A DNA stretch of 58,950 nucleotides, taken from Candidatus Peribacteria bacterium. Its GTDB lineage: Bacteria; Patescibacteriota; Gracilibacteria; UBA1369; UBA12463. Where the stretch lies: the NCBI GenBank assembly GCA_943349045.1, contig CALQZC010000001.1, positions 1 through 58,950 on the forward strand, given 5' to 3'. Positions 9,373-20,509 of the stretch are shown piece by piece (the first letter of the stretch is position 1; each line of letters begins with the position of its first letter). A model generated the notes under the pieces. It did no database searches, was not told the origin of the DNA, and saw only the letters and a program-made list of their open reading frames with translations. Made by a program: the position numbers and the translations under genes.

Positions 9373-10029
9373 TCATCTTCCAAGTGCCGCTCGAATAGGA
9401 CCAGGCGTGGCTTTTTGATCAGAAAAGCGAAGAACATTTGTTGGTTCAAGCAGTTCGCTCTCACTCAGAACACCAGAAATAGTCGCATTATCCTTAGGAT
9501 CATACATAATTTGATTACCAGTCTCGCTATTATCAACTTTATACACAACATTAAAAACCGGACCAGCAGACTTACGTTTTCCCAAATCGTCACGTAAAAA
9601 ATAGGAAACCTCTAAATTATTAGCAGCATCAAGAAGACACTCAACCTGCCATCGATGATCACGTCCATCTTTGAGATCGCGATCGAGGACAGGATCACTC
9701 CTAATGTGACGCGCACTAACATCATATTTATGGGCATCCATATAACCCCAAATAAGATGAAGCGTATGATGAAAATCAGCCAGAACTTGATCATGCTGTG
9801 TCGACTCATCTGGACGATGCTTCTGAAGACTCCGAAGAAGAGCATCAATTGACGGCTTCTGGAGACCTCCCAAAATTTCTGGGTTGAGTCCGGCTACCGG
9901 CGCATCATAGCCATGCACCACCCCTCGCTGATGATGATCTCTCTGTAGATCACGAGCTTCATAAGCTCTTGGTGATATTACCCTTGGATCATTCCTATAA
10001 TCTCGCGATTGATGAGCATCAAGAGGCAT
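9373..10029 (-). CDS. Hypothetical protein (orphan)
   Basis: 218-aa ATG ORF filling the gap between the YqeY gene and the groEL terminator. Confidence 0.6.
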   Translation of the reverse strand: MPLDAHQSRDYRNDPRVISPRAYEARDLQRDHHQRGVVHGYDAPVAGLNPEILGGLQKPSIDALLRSLQKHRPDESTQHDQVLADFHHTLHLIWGYMDAHKYDVSARHIRSDPVLDRDLKDGRDHRWQVECLLDAANNLEVSYFLRDDLGKRKSAGPVFNVVYKVDNSETGNQIMYDPKDNATISGVLSESELLEPTNVLRFSDQKATPGPIRAALGR

Positions 10030-10110
10030 AAGAACAAGAGTAAATGATTAGGAGCAGCTGCATTAAAAACCTTTACATCAGCATGGTCAATTTTTTCCAA
10101 CATTCCATTC

Positions 10111-10133
10111 AAAAAGGAGCCATTTATGGCTCC
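10111..10133 (-). terminator. Rho-independent terminator of groESL
   Basis: GGAGCCA-4 nt-TGGCTCC stem followed by TTTTT on the minus strand, ~40 bp after the groEL stop. Confidence 0.8.
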
Positions 10134-10174
10134 CTGTTGAGAAAAAAAATGTGTAGAGAAGTATCGAACGGTTA

Positions 10175-11833
<1,659 letters not shown>

Positions 11834-11865
11834 TTAAATAGTGAAAATAAAATACAACACAGAAA

Positions 11866-12168
11866 TTATCCGATGATCGCCAAAACATCACCCTGATTAA
11901 GGATGAGCAACTCCTGCCCCTCAATCTTCACCTCACTCGGACCGTACTTGGAAAAGAGAATCTTGTCCCCTACTTTCACGTCCATCGCAAGCCGTGTACC
12001 AGCATCGGTCATCTTTCCAGGTCCAACCGCCACCACTTCACCCATCTGTGGCCGCTCCTTCGACGCCGTCGACGGAATATAAATTCCCGAACTCGTCTGC
12101 GTCTCCTGCTCCTCCGCCTTTACCACAATATGATCATCGGTCGGATTAAGTTTGATATGTCCTGACAT
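11866..12168 (-). CDS. groS: Co-chaperonin GroES
   Basis: [33 protein letters not shown]; directly upstream of groEL. Confidence 0.98.
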   Translation of the reverse strand: MSGHIKLNPTDDHIVVKAEEQETQTSSGIYIPSTASKERPQMGEVVAVGPGKMTDAGTRLAMDVKVGDKILFSKYGPSEVKIEGQELLILNQGDVLAIIG

Positions 12169-12187
12169 AGGTATGAAAATTAAAGAA

Positions 12188-12214
12188 TTAGCACTGGGTA
12201 TTGTAGAGTGCTAA
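12188..12214. promoter_or_regulatory. CIRCE element (HrcA operator) of groESL
   Basis: TTAGCACTG-N9-GAGTGCTAA, one mismatch to consensus. Confidence 0.92.
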
Positions 12215-12264
12215 CCGTAGACGATCAAGAGAAAAACACGAGCTACCGAAAGTTATATATCATA

Positions 12265-12317
12265 AAAATCCCAGCTTCAAATTCCTCCGCGCGAAGGAAT
12301 CCAGCTTTATTTTTCAC
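12265..12317. repeat. Imperfect direct repeat with internal hairpin, copy A
   Basis: Shares CCAGCTTCAA and GCTTTATTTTTCAC with 14124..14173. Confidence 0.7.
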
Positions 12318-12339
12318 ACAGACACTTTTTCAATTTGAT

Positions 12340-13050
12340 TTACATATACCGCTGCAACGTGTGAATCAGGTCCGCGTTTCGTTCAGCGACAGGCTTTTGA
12401 GTTTCGCTGCCATGGAGCCACTGGATGTAGCCGCGATCGGTACCGCGAACTTCATCGAAGGTTTTTCCTTTGTATTTTCCGAAGGTGAACACACTCAAAG
12501 ACACGGGTTCGTAGGTAAGCTCGAGCATTTTGGCGACGATATCATCGTCGGTCTCGCAACCAAATTTTTCACGAATAATACCAGCCAGGTGCATGAACAG
12601 TGCCTCGAGCACGAGAACATCACCAATCGCATCATGGGCTCGGGCCTCACGCGTGACGAGGCCAAGTGAGTATCGCAGGTACTGCAAACTATGGGAGTCG
12701 CTCGTCAGAAGATGTTTGGCAACTCGCAAGGTGTCGATAGAGGTACTGATCTCGATACCTTCATTTCGTAAAATACCAACATCGAATGAAGCATTGTGGG
12801 CCACGCAAATCGTATCGGCAAGCATGCTAATCAATTTTTCCTGATGCTCGCTACCGGCGAAGACCGGCTTATCGGCAACCATCTCATTCGTAATGTGATG
12901 AACCGCCATCGCCCCGTAGGAAATCACGACGGGCGGTTTGAAAAACTCATTCACCTCTTCTCCGGTCAGCGCGTTTTTATAGGCGAGCTGGATGAGGCGC
13001 GCATCGCGATCAATACCGGTTGTTTCTGTGTCGAGGAAAAGCGTTCGCAT
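12340..13050 (-). CDS. DEDDh 3'-5' exonuclease (ExoX/DnaQ-like) with C-terminal FGKYKG domain
   Basis: FLDTETTG, VAHNASFD, AHDAIGD, FTFGKYKGK...YIQWL. Confidence 0.88.
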   Translation of the reverse strand: MRTLFLDTETTGIDRDARLIQLAYKNALTGEEVNEFFKPPVVISYGAMAVHHITNEMVADKPVFAGSEHQEKLISMLADTICVAHNASFDVGILRNEGIEISTSIDTLRVAKHLLTSDSHSLQYLRYSLGLVTREARAHDAIGDVLVLEALFMHLAGIIREKFGCETDDDIVAKMLELTYEPVSLSVFTFGKYKGKTFDEVRGTDRGYIQWLHGSETQKPVAERNADLIHTLQRYM

Positions 13051-13138
13051 ACGTGGAGTTTACGGCAAATAAGATACAGTACGCAATACATACCATGAAC
13101 TTCTCAGTGGAATAGAAGCATCGATAATAAGTTTTGTT

Positions 13139-13993
13139 TTATTGACCATCACGAATCTCACGAAGGGTTTTAGCAATAGTGCCACTCTTCAGATAATTTT
13201 CTTTCGAAATCACGCTCCGCCCCAACTCCTTCTCGGTCAATTCTCTCGCTCCACCAGCCACTCCTCCTCCACGCTTCGCAACTTTCTTATGCTCAATCAT
13301 TTCTTTTGGCTTTTCCTGCTGCGAAATTTCTGTCGTCACTTTCTCTCCAAGCATGGTAAAAATCAGCTCCAAATCGGTCATATTATCCCGTAAATTCGCC
13401 CCGGACCTATCTGGTATATTTTTATGCTTTCTATACTCGCTCGGCGTCATGCCAAATGTCGCCTTCGAAATCTCCGCTGTCAGAATAGCAAAATCTCGCC
13501 CATGCTCCACGCCACGCTCTCTCCATTCATCCGTGAGATCCTGCCGTATCGCCATACCCCGCAACCGCTTATCAATCCAATCCTTCGGATATCCCTTCTT
13601 CTCATACAGCGCCTTCATCCGCTCCTGCGCCAACTCCGGATTCTCGATCTCATCCAGCCTCTCCTTCCCAACCTCAGCCAGCCACATCTTGAAGGGCTCG
13701 GCCTTCTTGCTGGGAATCGACTGGATCAAACGAAATGCATTCTTGGTATTTACACAGTCCGTAAGCCTTTCCTTGCCATCAGGAGCCACAAGTTTGAACT
13801 GTACCCAAATTGGGGACAGTTGAAGTTCAATAAATTCCCTCTCCTTAACCTTCCCCCAATACTGCCTCGGCGTCGGACTCTCCGTAAGCGCCTCAATGAT
13901 ATCCACCACCGAATAAAACCACTCCTCCTCATGCCAAATCCGCCGAATCTTTTTCGATTCGAAAAGTACAAGCCTGTTTTCTTGATTATTCAT
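13139..13993 (-). CDS. BRO-N domain protein (antirepressor-like)
   Basis: FESKKIRRIWHEEEWFYSVVDII, RLIQSIPSKKAEPFKMWLA, NLRDNMTDLELIF. Confidence 0.85.
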   Translation of the reverse strand: MNNQENRLVLFESKKIRRIWHEEEWFYSVVDIIEALTESPTPRQYWGKVKEREFIELQLSPIWVQFKLVAPDGKERLTDCVNTKNAFRLIQSIPSKKAEPFKMWLAEVGKERLDEIENPELAQERMKALYEKKGYPKDWIDKRLRGMAIRQDLTDEWRERGVEHGRDFAILTAEISKATFGMTPSEYRKHKNIPDRSGANLRDNMTDLELIFTMLGEKVTTEISQQEKPKEMIEHKKVAKRGGGVAGGARELTEKELGRSVISKENYLKSGTIAKTLREIRDGQ

Positions 13994-14123
13994 ACTATAA
14001 TCTTAAAAAGTATTGGTCGAATTATAGGTGAGCAAATACTCACCGTCAAGACGGCAGTAAAAAAATCGTGTTGCCCGAAGAGAATATTTACTTTGAAATA
14101 TTTTTTCAAAAAACGGACATACC

Positions 14124-14173
14124 AAAATCCAGCTTCAACTTCCTTCATATGAAAGTTCGGCTTTATTTTTCAC
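14124..14173. repeat. Imperfect direct repeat with internal hairpin, copy B
   Basis: See 12265..12317; overlaps the stop codon of the 14163 gene. Confidence 0.7.
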
Positions 14174-14978
14174 TTTCACCGTAAAATCGAGCGGATTCAA
14201 TCATCGTGTCAAAAATAGCTGCGTCAGATTGAAAATGATCTTTGTCAGATTCTAACAGCAATTGAACATGTTGGCGATTATCATATTCGCCAGTTGCCAC
14301 TATTGCCGTCCTATTGTGGTATATACGTGCTACTGTCCTACTGTCACCGTAGTGGATGATGCTATCGTATATAAGCCAATCTTTACCGTGTATTTTTTTA
14401 ATTTGCTCATGTATTTTTTCAAATTTTATTATGAGAGGTTCTTGTTTAAGCGCCTGTTCCGTAAAAAACTTTGAGGTATACGTTTTTAGATCAATATTTT
14501 CCTCATCCTCCCAGTAAAAAAAACTCGCCGTTATTCCTCTCTCTTTATCAGGCGACTCAAAGAGTGTCTCATACTCATCATAGTACTCCTCCACTGTCCA
14601 ATTATTTGGATAGGTGAGAGCACTGAATACTGTTTTGGGATTTTTGTATACTTGATAGCCCTGTGGAACTCGATAACCCTCCTCTACATTTGTTTTAGAA
14701 TATATATTTCCACCAAAAAAACCAGCTAAGGCCATAGCCAGCGCCATAGCTATGATGAAGCTTATTATAACTCCGCCAACACAATACAAAACCGAATAAA
14801 CTATCTTTTTATTTTTTGAATAGTTGCTGTTTTCAATGGTCTTTTTCAAACCATAACAAATGATAGCGCTTCCTATCACGCCTGCGATACCAACCAGCTT
14901 CCAGCCAAACGCCACAAGAGAAATGGATAAGTACGAATAAAAATTCTTTTTTATTTCCGTTAAAATAAGGCTCTTCAT
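14163..14978 (-). CDS. AT-rich hypothetical membrane protein with possible PsbP-like extracytoplasmic domain
   Basis: N-terminal TM segments, then LTYPNNWTV...IFDTMIESARF; start moved to ATG 14978 to avoid overlap with rny. Confidence 0.6.
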   Translation of the reverse strand: MKSLILTEIKKNFYSYLSISLVAFGWKLVGIAGVIGSAIICYGLKKTIENSNYSKNKKIVYSVLYCVGGVIISFIIAMALAMALAGFFGGNIYSKTNVEEGYRVPQGYQVYKNPKTVFSALTYPNNWTVEEYYDEYETLFESPDKERGITASFFYWEDEENIDLKTYTSKFFTEQALKQEPLIIKFEKIHEQIKKIHGKDWLIYDSIIHYGDSRTVARIYHNRTAIVATGEYDNRQHVQLLLESDKDHFQSDAAIFDTMIESARFYGESEK

Positions 14979-15009
14979 AATAAGAAATAAGCTTCTAGAA
15001 AACACAGGA

Positions 15010-16536
15010 CTAATCCGCCGTGGCGTCCTTTCGGATTTCACGAATAACGTTTACTTTAATAGGGTTTGGATGCTGGAAGTCGCGCTCGATCTTTCGGGCT
15101 ACATCATGAGTAAGACGCTTGCTCGCAAGGTCATCCAACTCATCAGCATTAACGAAGATTCGAACTTCATTACCTGTCTGCACCGCGTAGGCTTTCTTCA
15201 CCCCACCAAATGACATACAGAGATTTTCAAGTTCCTGCATACGTCGGATAAAGGTATCGAGATTTTCTTTGGTTGCACCTGGGCGACCGTTGGCGATCAA
15301 ATTTGCCGCCTCCACAAGCATCGCCTCGACCGTCCGTGGCTCAACATCGCCGTCATGTGCCTCGATCGCATGAACAATATCCGGAGTAAGACCGAACTTC
15401 TTCGCGATCTCGGCCCCAATCTTCACGTGATTTCCCTGGATTTCATGGTCCACCGCCTTACCAATGTCATGGAGCAAGCCAGCTTTTTTACAGACGTTGA
15501 CGTCGGCCCCGAGTTCTCCCGCAAGAGCACCAGCGATAAAAGCCACCTCCATCGAGTGTTTGAGAACGTTCTGTCCATAACTCAAACGGAACTTCAGACG
15601 TCCAAGCAACTTCACGAGATTTGGGTGAAGTCCGGTGACACCACACTCGTAGACCGCCTTTTCACCAAGTTCTTTAATGATATTGTTGATTTCCTCTTTA
15701 ACCTTCTCATAGGTCTCTTCAATGCGGGCTGGGTGAATTCGACCATCAACGATCAAACGCTCAAGCGTCATCTTCGCAATATATCGACGAATCATATCAA
15801 AACCAGAGATGACAATTGAGCCCGGCGTATCATCCACGATGACATCGATACCGGTAATCTGTTCAAATGTATTGATGTTTCGTCCTTCACGTCCGATGAT
15901 ACGACCCTTCAAATCGTCGCTCGGCAAATTCACAATTGTCGTCGTCGACTCAGCCGTCACATCAGCCGCCACACGCTGGATCGCATCCGCGATGAGGTAT
16001 CGAGCTTTTTCTTTAGCGCTTTCTTTTAACTCCTTTTCAGCCTTCACGATCTGGGCCAAAAGATCCTCTTTCGCCTCCTCCTCCACCTGCTTCAAAAGCG
16101 TCTCGCGAGCCTGCTCAGGAGTGAGCCCCGCAATTTTCTGAAGCTGCGCCGCCTGCGCGTTATACATTTTTTCAACCTCCTCTCGAAGTGACTTCACTGA
16201 CTGAGCCTTCTGCTCGAGGTCAGCCTTCATCTTTTCTGAGTCATCGAGTCGCTTGTCGAGGGTCTCTTCCTTTTTTGTCAGACGCTCCTCCATCTTTTCA
16301 AGCTGCTCATGCTTCTGTCGCTCCTCTCGCTTGACCTCCTCCTGCATGCGAAGCGAATCATTTTTCGCGTCCATGACGATCTCCTTTGCTTTCATGGAGG
16401 CATCATCTACGGCTCGTTGCGCCTGGTCGAGGGCCTCTCGATCATGCTTGCTGAGAAAAACTTTTCGTACGGCGTAGCCCGCAGCGGCTCCGACGGCGAG
16501 TCCAATGAGGACCAATAACAGTGATAATGCATCCAT
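15010..16536 (-). CDS. rny: Ribonuclease Y with divergent HD domain
   Basis: N-terminal TM, coiled coil, KH (KGRIIGREGRNI), SYGQNVLKHS, GLLHDIGKA. Confidence 0.95.
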   Translation of the reverse strand: MDALSLLLVLIGLAVGAAAGYAVRKVFLSKHDREALDQAQRAVDDASMKAKEIVMDAKNDSLRMQEEVKREERQKHEQLEKMEERLTKKEETLDKRLDDSEKMKADLEQKAQSVKSLREEVEKMYNAQAAQLQKIAGLTPEQARETLLKQVEEEAKEDLLAQIVKAEKELKESAKEKARYLIADAIQRVAADVTAESTTTIVNLPSDDLKGRIIGREGRNINTFEQITGIDVIVDDTPGSIVISGFDMIRRYIAKMTLERLIVDGRIHPARIEETYEKVKEEINNIIKELGEKAVYECGVTGLHPNLVKLLGRLKFRLSYGQNVLKHSMEVAFIAGALAGELGADVNVCKKAGLLHDIGKAVDHEIQGNHVKIGAEIAKKFGLTPDIVHAIEAHDGDVEPRTVEAMLVEAANLIANGRPGATKENLDTFIRRMQELENLCMSFGGVKKAYAVQTGNEVRIFVNADELDDLASKRLTHDVARKIERDFQHPNPIKVNVIREIRKDATAD

Positions 16537-16562
16537 AATAATTCAGAACGTTAGATCATATA

Positions 16563-16718
16563 ATCTTCGTTCACCAAAACCTCCTGTATGGACGCACAAC
16601 CCTATAGATGGAGCTCGCCAAAGCTACATTTCTTCGAAACCATCAAAATATGTGAAGCTAATTGATGAATAGGTGTCATGAATTCAGAACGGATAGAGGT
16701 AAGACGGTGAAACAGGAC
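16563..16718 (-). ncRNA. Candidate structured RNA (6S-like rod or rny leader)
   Basis: Nested long-range complementarity UUCACCG/UGGUGAA, ACCUCU/GGAGGU and CCUAU/AUAGG around an unpaired bubble; read by eye only. Confidence 0.3.
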
Positions 16719-16871
16719 AAAAATAGCAAAATTTCTCGAATGCGTCAATGAAGTGGTCTTCTCAGCTTCACAATTAAACAATTTTTTAGAAATTTTTCAA
16801 CAAAATGTTAGAGATCGGTAATGTCGAGGGGGTAGGGTGTGGATTATCAATACTTTATAACACCCGTATCT

Positions 16872-18824
16872 ATGAAGCACCCACATCGCCTTATCGTCAG
16901 TACCATAGCCACGCTGAGCCTCCACCTTACGGCGCTCGCCGCGCCCCTCATTCCATGTGAACTTCCCTCGTTCACCATGCAAATTTCGAAATTCAGCTTC
17001 AATAACGCCACCGATTTCCTCGAACTCACCGTCATCGACGATGGAAACAGTGGAAAAGGTATACATCTGACCAATTGGAAGGTCACCACGATCGACACCA
17101 CCCTCACAACCCTGAATCAACAGGTCACAACCGGACAAAAAATTCATCTCCCGGAAATCGGAAATCTCACGGCCACAACCGACCAGCTCGCTCTGATCGA
17201 CGACCAGGGCCAGATCCACGACGCCGTCTGCTGGGTAAATTCGAAACCAACCACCCAGGAACAACAGGACTTCACGAAGCTCGCCACCAGCTGGACTGGC
17301 GACCTCTCCACCTGCCTTTCAAGCACCACCTTGGAAAAAAACACGATCTTTGAACGAGCGAGCACCGTCGACACCGACTCTCGGGCAGACTGGAAAATCA
17401 GCGAACCGCAAACACAGGCACAAGCGCAGATACAAACTCCACAGCCAACAGCACCCGTACTCACACCAACAAGCCATGACCCCATCGCCACCAACGAACT
17501 CACCCTCAGCGAGCTTCTCCCCGACCCGGAAGGAAATGACGAAAACAACGAGTGGATCGAACTTCACAACACGAGCGACCACACGGTCCGACTCACGGGC
17601 TGGCAGCTCGACGACGCGGAAGGCGGGAGCAAACCGTTTACCTTCACCACGCAGACTATCGGACCAGAAAGTTTTCTTCTCCTGAAAAACTCGACCACCA
17701 ATATCACCCTCAACAACTCGCAGGATAGCGTCCGCCTCCTGAATCCAGAAAAAAAGATCATCTCCGAGTTCACCTACGAAAAAACCGAGTCCAATCAGAG
17801 TTGGGCCATCACCAAGTCCAACATCTGGAAACTGACAACTCGATCGACTCCTGAGGAAGAAAATATATTTACAGAAGAGGTCTCGGAAAAATCGGAAAAA
17901 GATGAGGAACCCACAAAACCAAAGATACCGACAGAGTTAACCGAACCCGCCACGGTAGAAATATCCGAGCTCCTTCCAAATCCAGCCGGCGCCGACACCG
18001 GAAAAGAGTGGATCGAAATTCACAATAAGACCAGCGAACCAATCTCGCTCGCAAACTGGAAGATACAGAATAAAGAGGGAAAAGTATTCACACTTCCCAC
18101 ATCGGCGTCTATCCCGGGAAACGGCTATCTGATTCTCACCGACGAGACGACAAAGATCAGAATGAAAAACAGTGACGACGAAATTCAGCTCATCGATGCA
18201 GAACATATGATTCAGGATCAGGTCGAGTTTGAAGAAGCACCGGAAAACACCTCATTCGCCGAAATCGAGACTATCCCGGTAATACATACAAAACCAACAG
18301 AAAACTCTGCCACCACCTTTCTTCAAAAATTCATCGGAGTCGCACATGCGCAGACACATGCGGATATACCGGAAGAAACCTCATGGGAATGGACTCGAAA
18401 CATCACCCAGGGGAAACCAAATCCCAAGCACTACACGATCGAGGGAAATATCACACAGAGCCTGAACGACGCTCAGATATTTACCATCACAGCGCAAAAC
18501 AAAGAGTTCTCGATTCGCATTCCAGAAGAGATGCTGACGCCCGGACTCGCAAAAAATATATTTCAGGCAGGTGAGCTCATGAAAGTCACAGCACAAAAAA
18601 ACGGCGAGTCATACATTCTGGAATCATACGCGACAGACGAGAAAAGCATGGCAATGGCAAAACCTAAAGAGAAAGAGTCATCCCCTCTCATACTGATACT
18701 CGTACTTATCGCCGCTACAGGCGGTGCCGTCTATTACAAATTTATACGTCGTGATTATCGAGCTTCTTCAAAATTGGACGATATTCTTCTTCATAAATCT
18801 CCACCAGAGCCACAACTAAGGTGA
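16872..18824 (+). CDS. Secreted, membrane-anchored lamin-tail-domain protein
   Basis: Signal peptide; two clear LTD repeats (SELLPDPEG..EWIELHN, SELLPNPAG..EWIEIHN); C-terminal TM. Confidence 0.85.
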   Translation: MKHPHRLIVSTIATLSLHLTALAAPLIPCELPSFTMQISKFSFNNATDFLELTVIDDGNSGKGIHLTNWKVTTIDTTLTTLNQQVTTGQKIHLPEIGNLTATTDQLALIDDQGQIHDAVCWVNSKPTTQEQQDFTKLATSWTGDLSTCLSSTTLEKNTIFERASTVDTDSRADWKISEPQTQAQAQIQTPQPTAPVLTPTSHDPIATNELTLSELLPDPEGNDENNEWIELHNTSDHTVRLTGWQLDDAEGGSKPFTFTTQTIGPESFLLLKNSTTNITLNNSQDSVRLLNPEKKIISEFTYEKTESNQSWAITKSNIWKLTTRSTPEEENIFTEEVSEKSEKDEEPTKPKIPTELTEPATVEISELLPNPAGADTGKEWIEIHNKTSEPISLANWKIQNKEGKVFTLPTSASIPGNGYLILTDETTKIRMKNSDDEIQLIDAEHMIQDQVEFEEAPENTSFAEIETIPVIHTKPTENSATTFLQKFIGVAHAQTHADIPEETSWEWTRNITQGKPNPKHYTIEGNITQSLNDAQIFTITAQNKEFSIRIPEEMLTPGLAKNIFQAGELMKVTAQKNGESYILESYATDEKSMAMAKPKEKESSPLILILVLIAATGGAVYYKFIRRDYRASSKLDDILLHKSPPEPQLR

Positions 18825-19884
18825 GAATAAGTGGTCCAAAAATAATGCCGGAGAAGCCCCAGACGATGACGCCGCCAAGAACACAGAGAAAAGTCAGTAA
18901 TGAATTCGCTTTCGTCTTGGTTCCAATAAAATACGGTCGAACAAAGTTGTCGAGAAGTCCAACAATAATAGATCCCCAGAGAAGAAGAAAAATCCCCTGT
19001 CCTATATTCCCCTGAGCGAGAAGAATAATTGCCGCAGGAACCCAGACGAGAGCCGTTCCAATGAAAGGAATGAGCGCAAAAAATGCCATAATGGTTCCCC
19101 AAAGAATTGGCTGACCCACGCCTGCAATCGCGAAACCGACACCTCCGACAAATCCTTGAAGAATCGCCGTCATAAAGGTTCCATAAATCGTAGCACGCAT
19201 CATCAACTTAACGTGGTGAAGCAAACGCTTCTCGTAAACATTCGGGAGAGGGCTGAGGGCCATAATCTTATCAGAAATCATCTCACCATCTTTGAAAAAG
19301 TAGAAGAGTGTGACACCGAGAATCAAGAAGCCCATAAAAAAACCGGCGATACCCGAGAGGAAATTCTGAGTCTGAGAAAGAAGAAATGAACTCACCTGTT
19401 GGGCAACCGAGGTAATCTGACCTGTAAGATCAACGTCCTGCAAGTTCAGACCTGGGAGATAGCGCTGATAGATATCATAGAAAAATCCACCACTCCTCCA
19501 TTGGAGAACTGGGTCAAGAAATCCAGAATTAATCTTCATCTGTATAGCGACATACGCATTCACCGCCTCACTCGCGAGCATGAAAAAAAGAATAATAATC
19601 GGAATGATAATCACCAGCGTCACAAGCGCACAGCAGATGACTGAAGCCAAAGAACGGCTCTTCATAGAGCGCTGAACGCGGGTATAGACTGGATGAAAAA
19701 CAGTGGCAAGTACACCAGCATAAATAATAACCGTAAAGAACGGCGTGAGTACTTGGAATAAGAGATAAAAAGAAAAGAGGAGGCAGGCAATGAGAAAAAA
19801 GGCAGGAACGTGATGGAGCTTAAGAACTCTTTCATCAATATCAGGAGCCATACCGGTATACTTTTTTTCTTTCGCCATAAACAA
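18742..19884 (-). CDS. AI-2E family transporter
   Basis: FYFFKDG, LIPFIGTALVWVP, DNFVRP, GIIFGP. Confidence 0.9.
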   Translation of the reverse strand: MFMAKEKKYTGMAPDIDERVLKLHHVPAFFLIACLLFSFYLLFQVLTPFFTVIIYAGVLATVFHPVYTRVQRSMKSRSLASVICCALVTLVIIIPIIILFFMLASEAVNAYVAIQMKINSGFLDPVLQWRSGGFFYDIYQRYLPGLNLQDVDLTGQITSVAQQVSSFLLSQTQNFLSGIAGFFMGFLILGVTLFYFFKDGEMISDKIMALSPLPNVYEKRLLHHVKLMMRATIYGTFMTAILQGFVGGVGFAIAGVGQPILWGTIMAFFALIPFIGTALVWVPAAIILLAQGNIGQGIFLLLWGSIIVGLLDNFVRPYFIGTKTKANSLLTFLCVLGGVIVWGFSGIIFGPLILTLVVALVEIYEEEYRPILKKLDNHDV

Positions 19885-19902
19885 GAGTTACAAAAATGAT
19901 AA

Positions 19903-20481
19903 TTAAAGTGAGTGAACGAGAATCCAGCCATTAAAGAAAAGTATAAACATCACCCACCAGAAATATGGTACGAGAAGGAGCGCTGCTGGTTTTGACCGAC
20001 GCCACGCAAGCATAATAATCGCGAGCATGAGCGCCATAAGGGCAATACCATCAACAAAAGAAACTTCAACCAGGTGGAGTCCAAAGAAAAACATGTTCCA
20101 CATAATGTGAAGCATCCCTGCAAGAATAAAGAGCCACATCATGAAAATTCTTCCGGGCTTTGGAATATTCCAAAGCATGACAATAGAGGCAGTGACAAGG
20201 GCGAAAACGCCAGTCAAGCCAAACTCAAAAAACCAATCAGTCGCCTCAACCTCTGGCTGGGGAAGTGACCAATACCAATCGCTAATATCAACAAAAAGGG
20301 TGTGAATAATAGAGATCGAAACCACGCAAAAACCAACCACAAGAATGGATGAGGGGGAAATAGTATTGAGCCAAGTCGTGAAACGCGAATGAAGCGTCGG
20401 CTTCTTTGCCCGAGAAGTACGACGAGCCGGTGCGCGTTTCGAAGAAGTACGAGACTTCGGCGTAGCCTTTTTTGAAGGCAT
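19903..20481 (-). CDS. TspO/MBR family protein with basic N-terminal tail
   Basis: WYWSLPQP, WNMFFFG, ALLLVPYFWWV; start moved to ATG 20481. Confidence 0.75.
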   Translation of the reverse strand: MPSKKATPKSRTSSKRAPARRTSRAKKPTLHSRFTTWLNTISPSSILVVGFCVVSISIIHTLFVDISDWYWSLPQPEVEATDWFFEFGLTGVFALVTASIVMLWNIPKPGRIFMMWLFILAGMLHIMWNMFFFGLHLVEVSFVDGIALMALMLAIIMLAWRRSKPAALLLVPYFWWVMFILFFNGWILVHSL

Positions 20482-20509
20482 AGACAATGTGAGTAATGTA
20501 AGTGAGGAG

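Noticed and set aside
12340..13993. Prophage, suggested by BRO, exonuclease and the distant KilA-N
   Set aside because: No integrase, terminase or structural genes.
12265..14173. Integron attC sites
   Set aside because: No RYYYAAC...GTTRRRY boundaries and no intI in the window.
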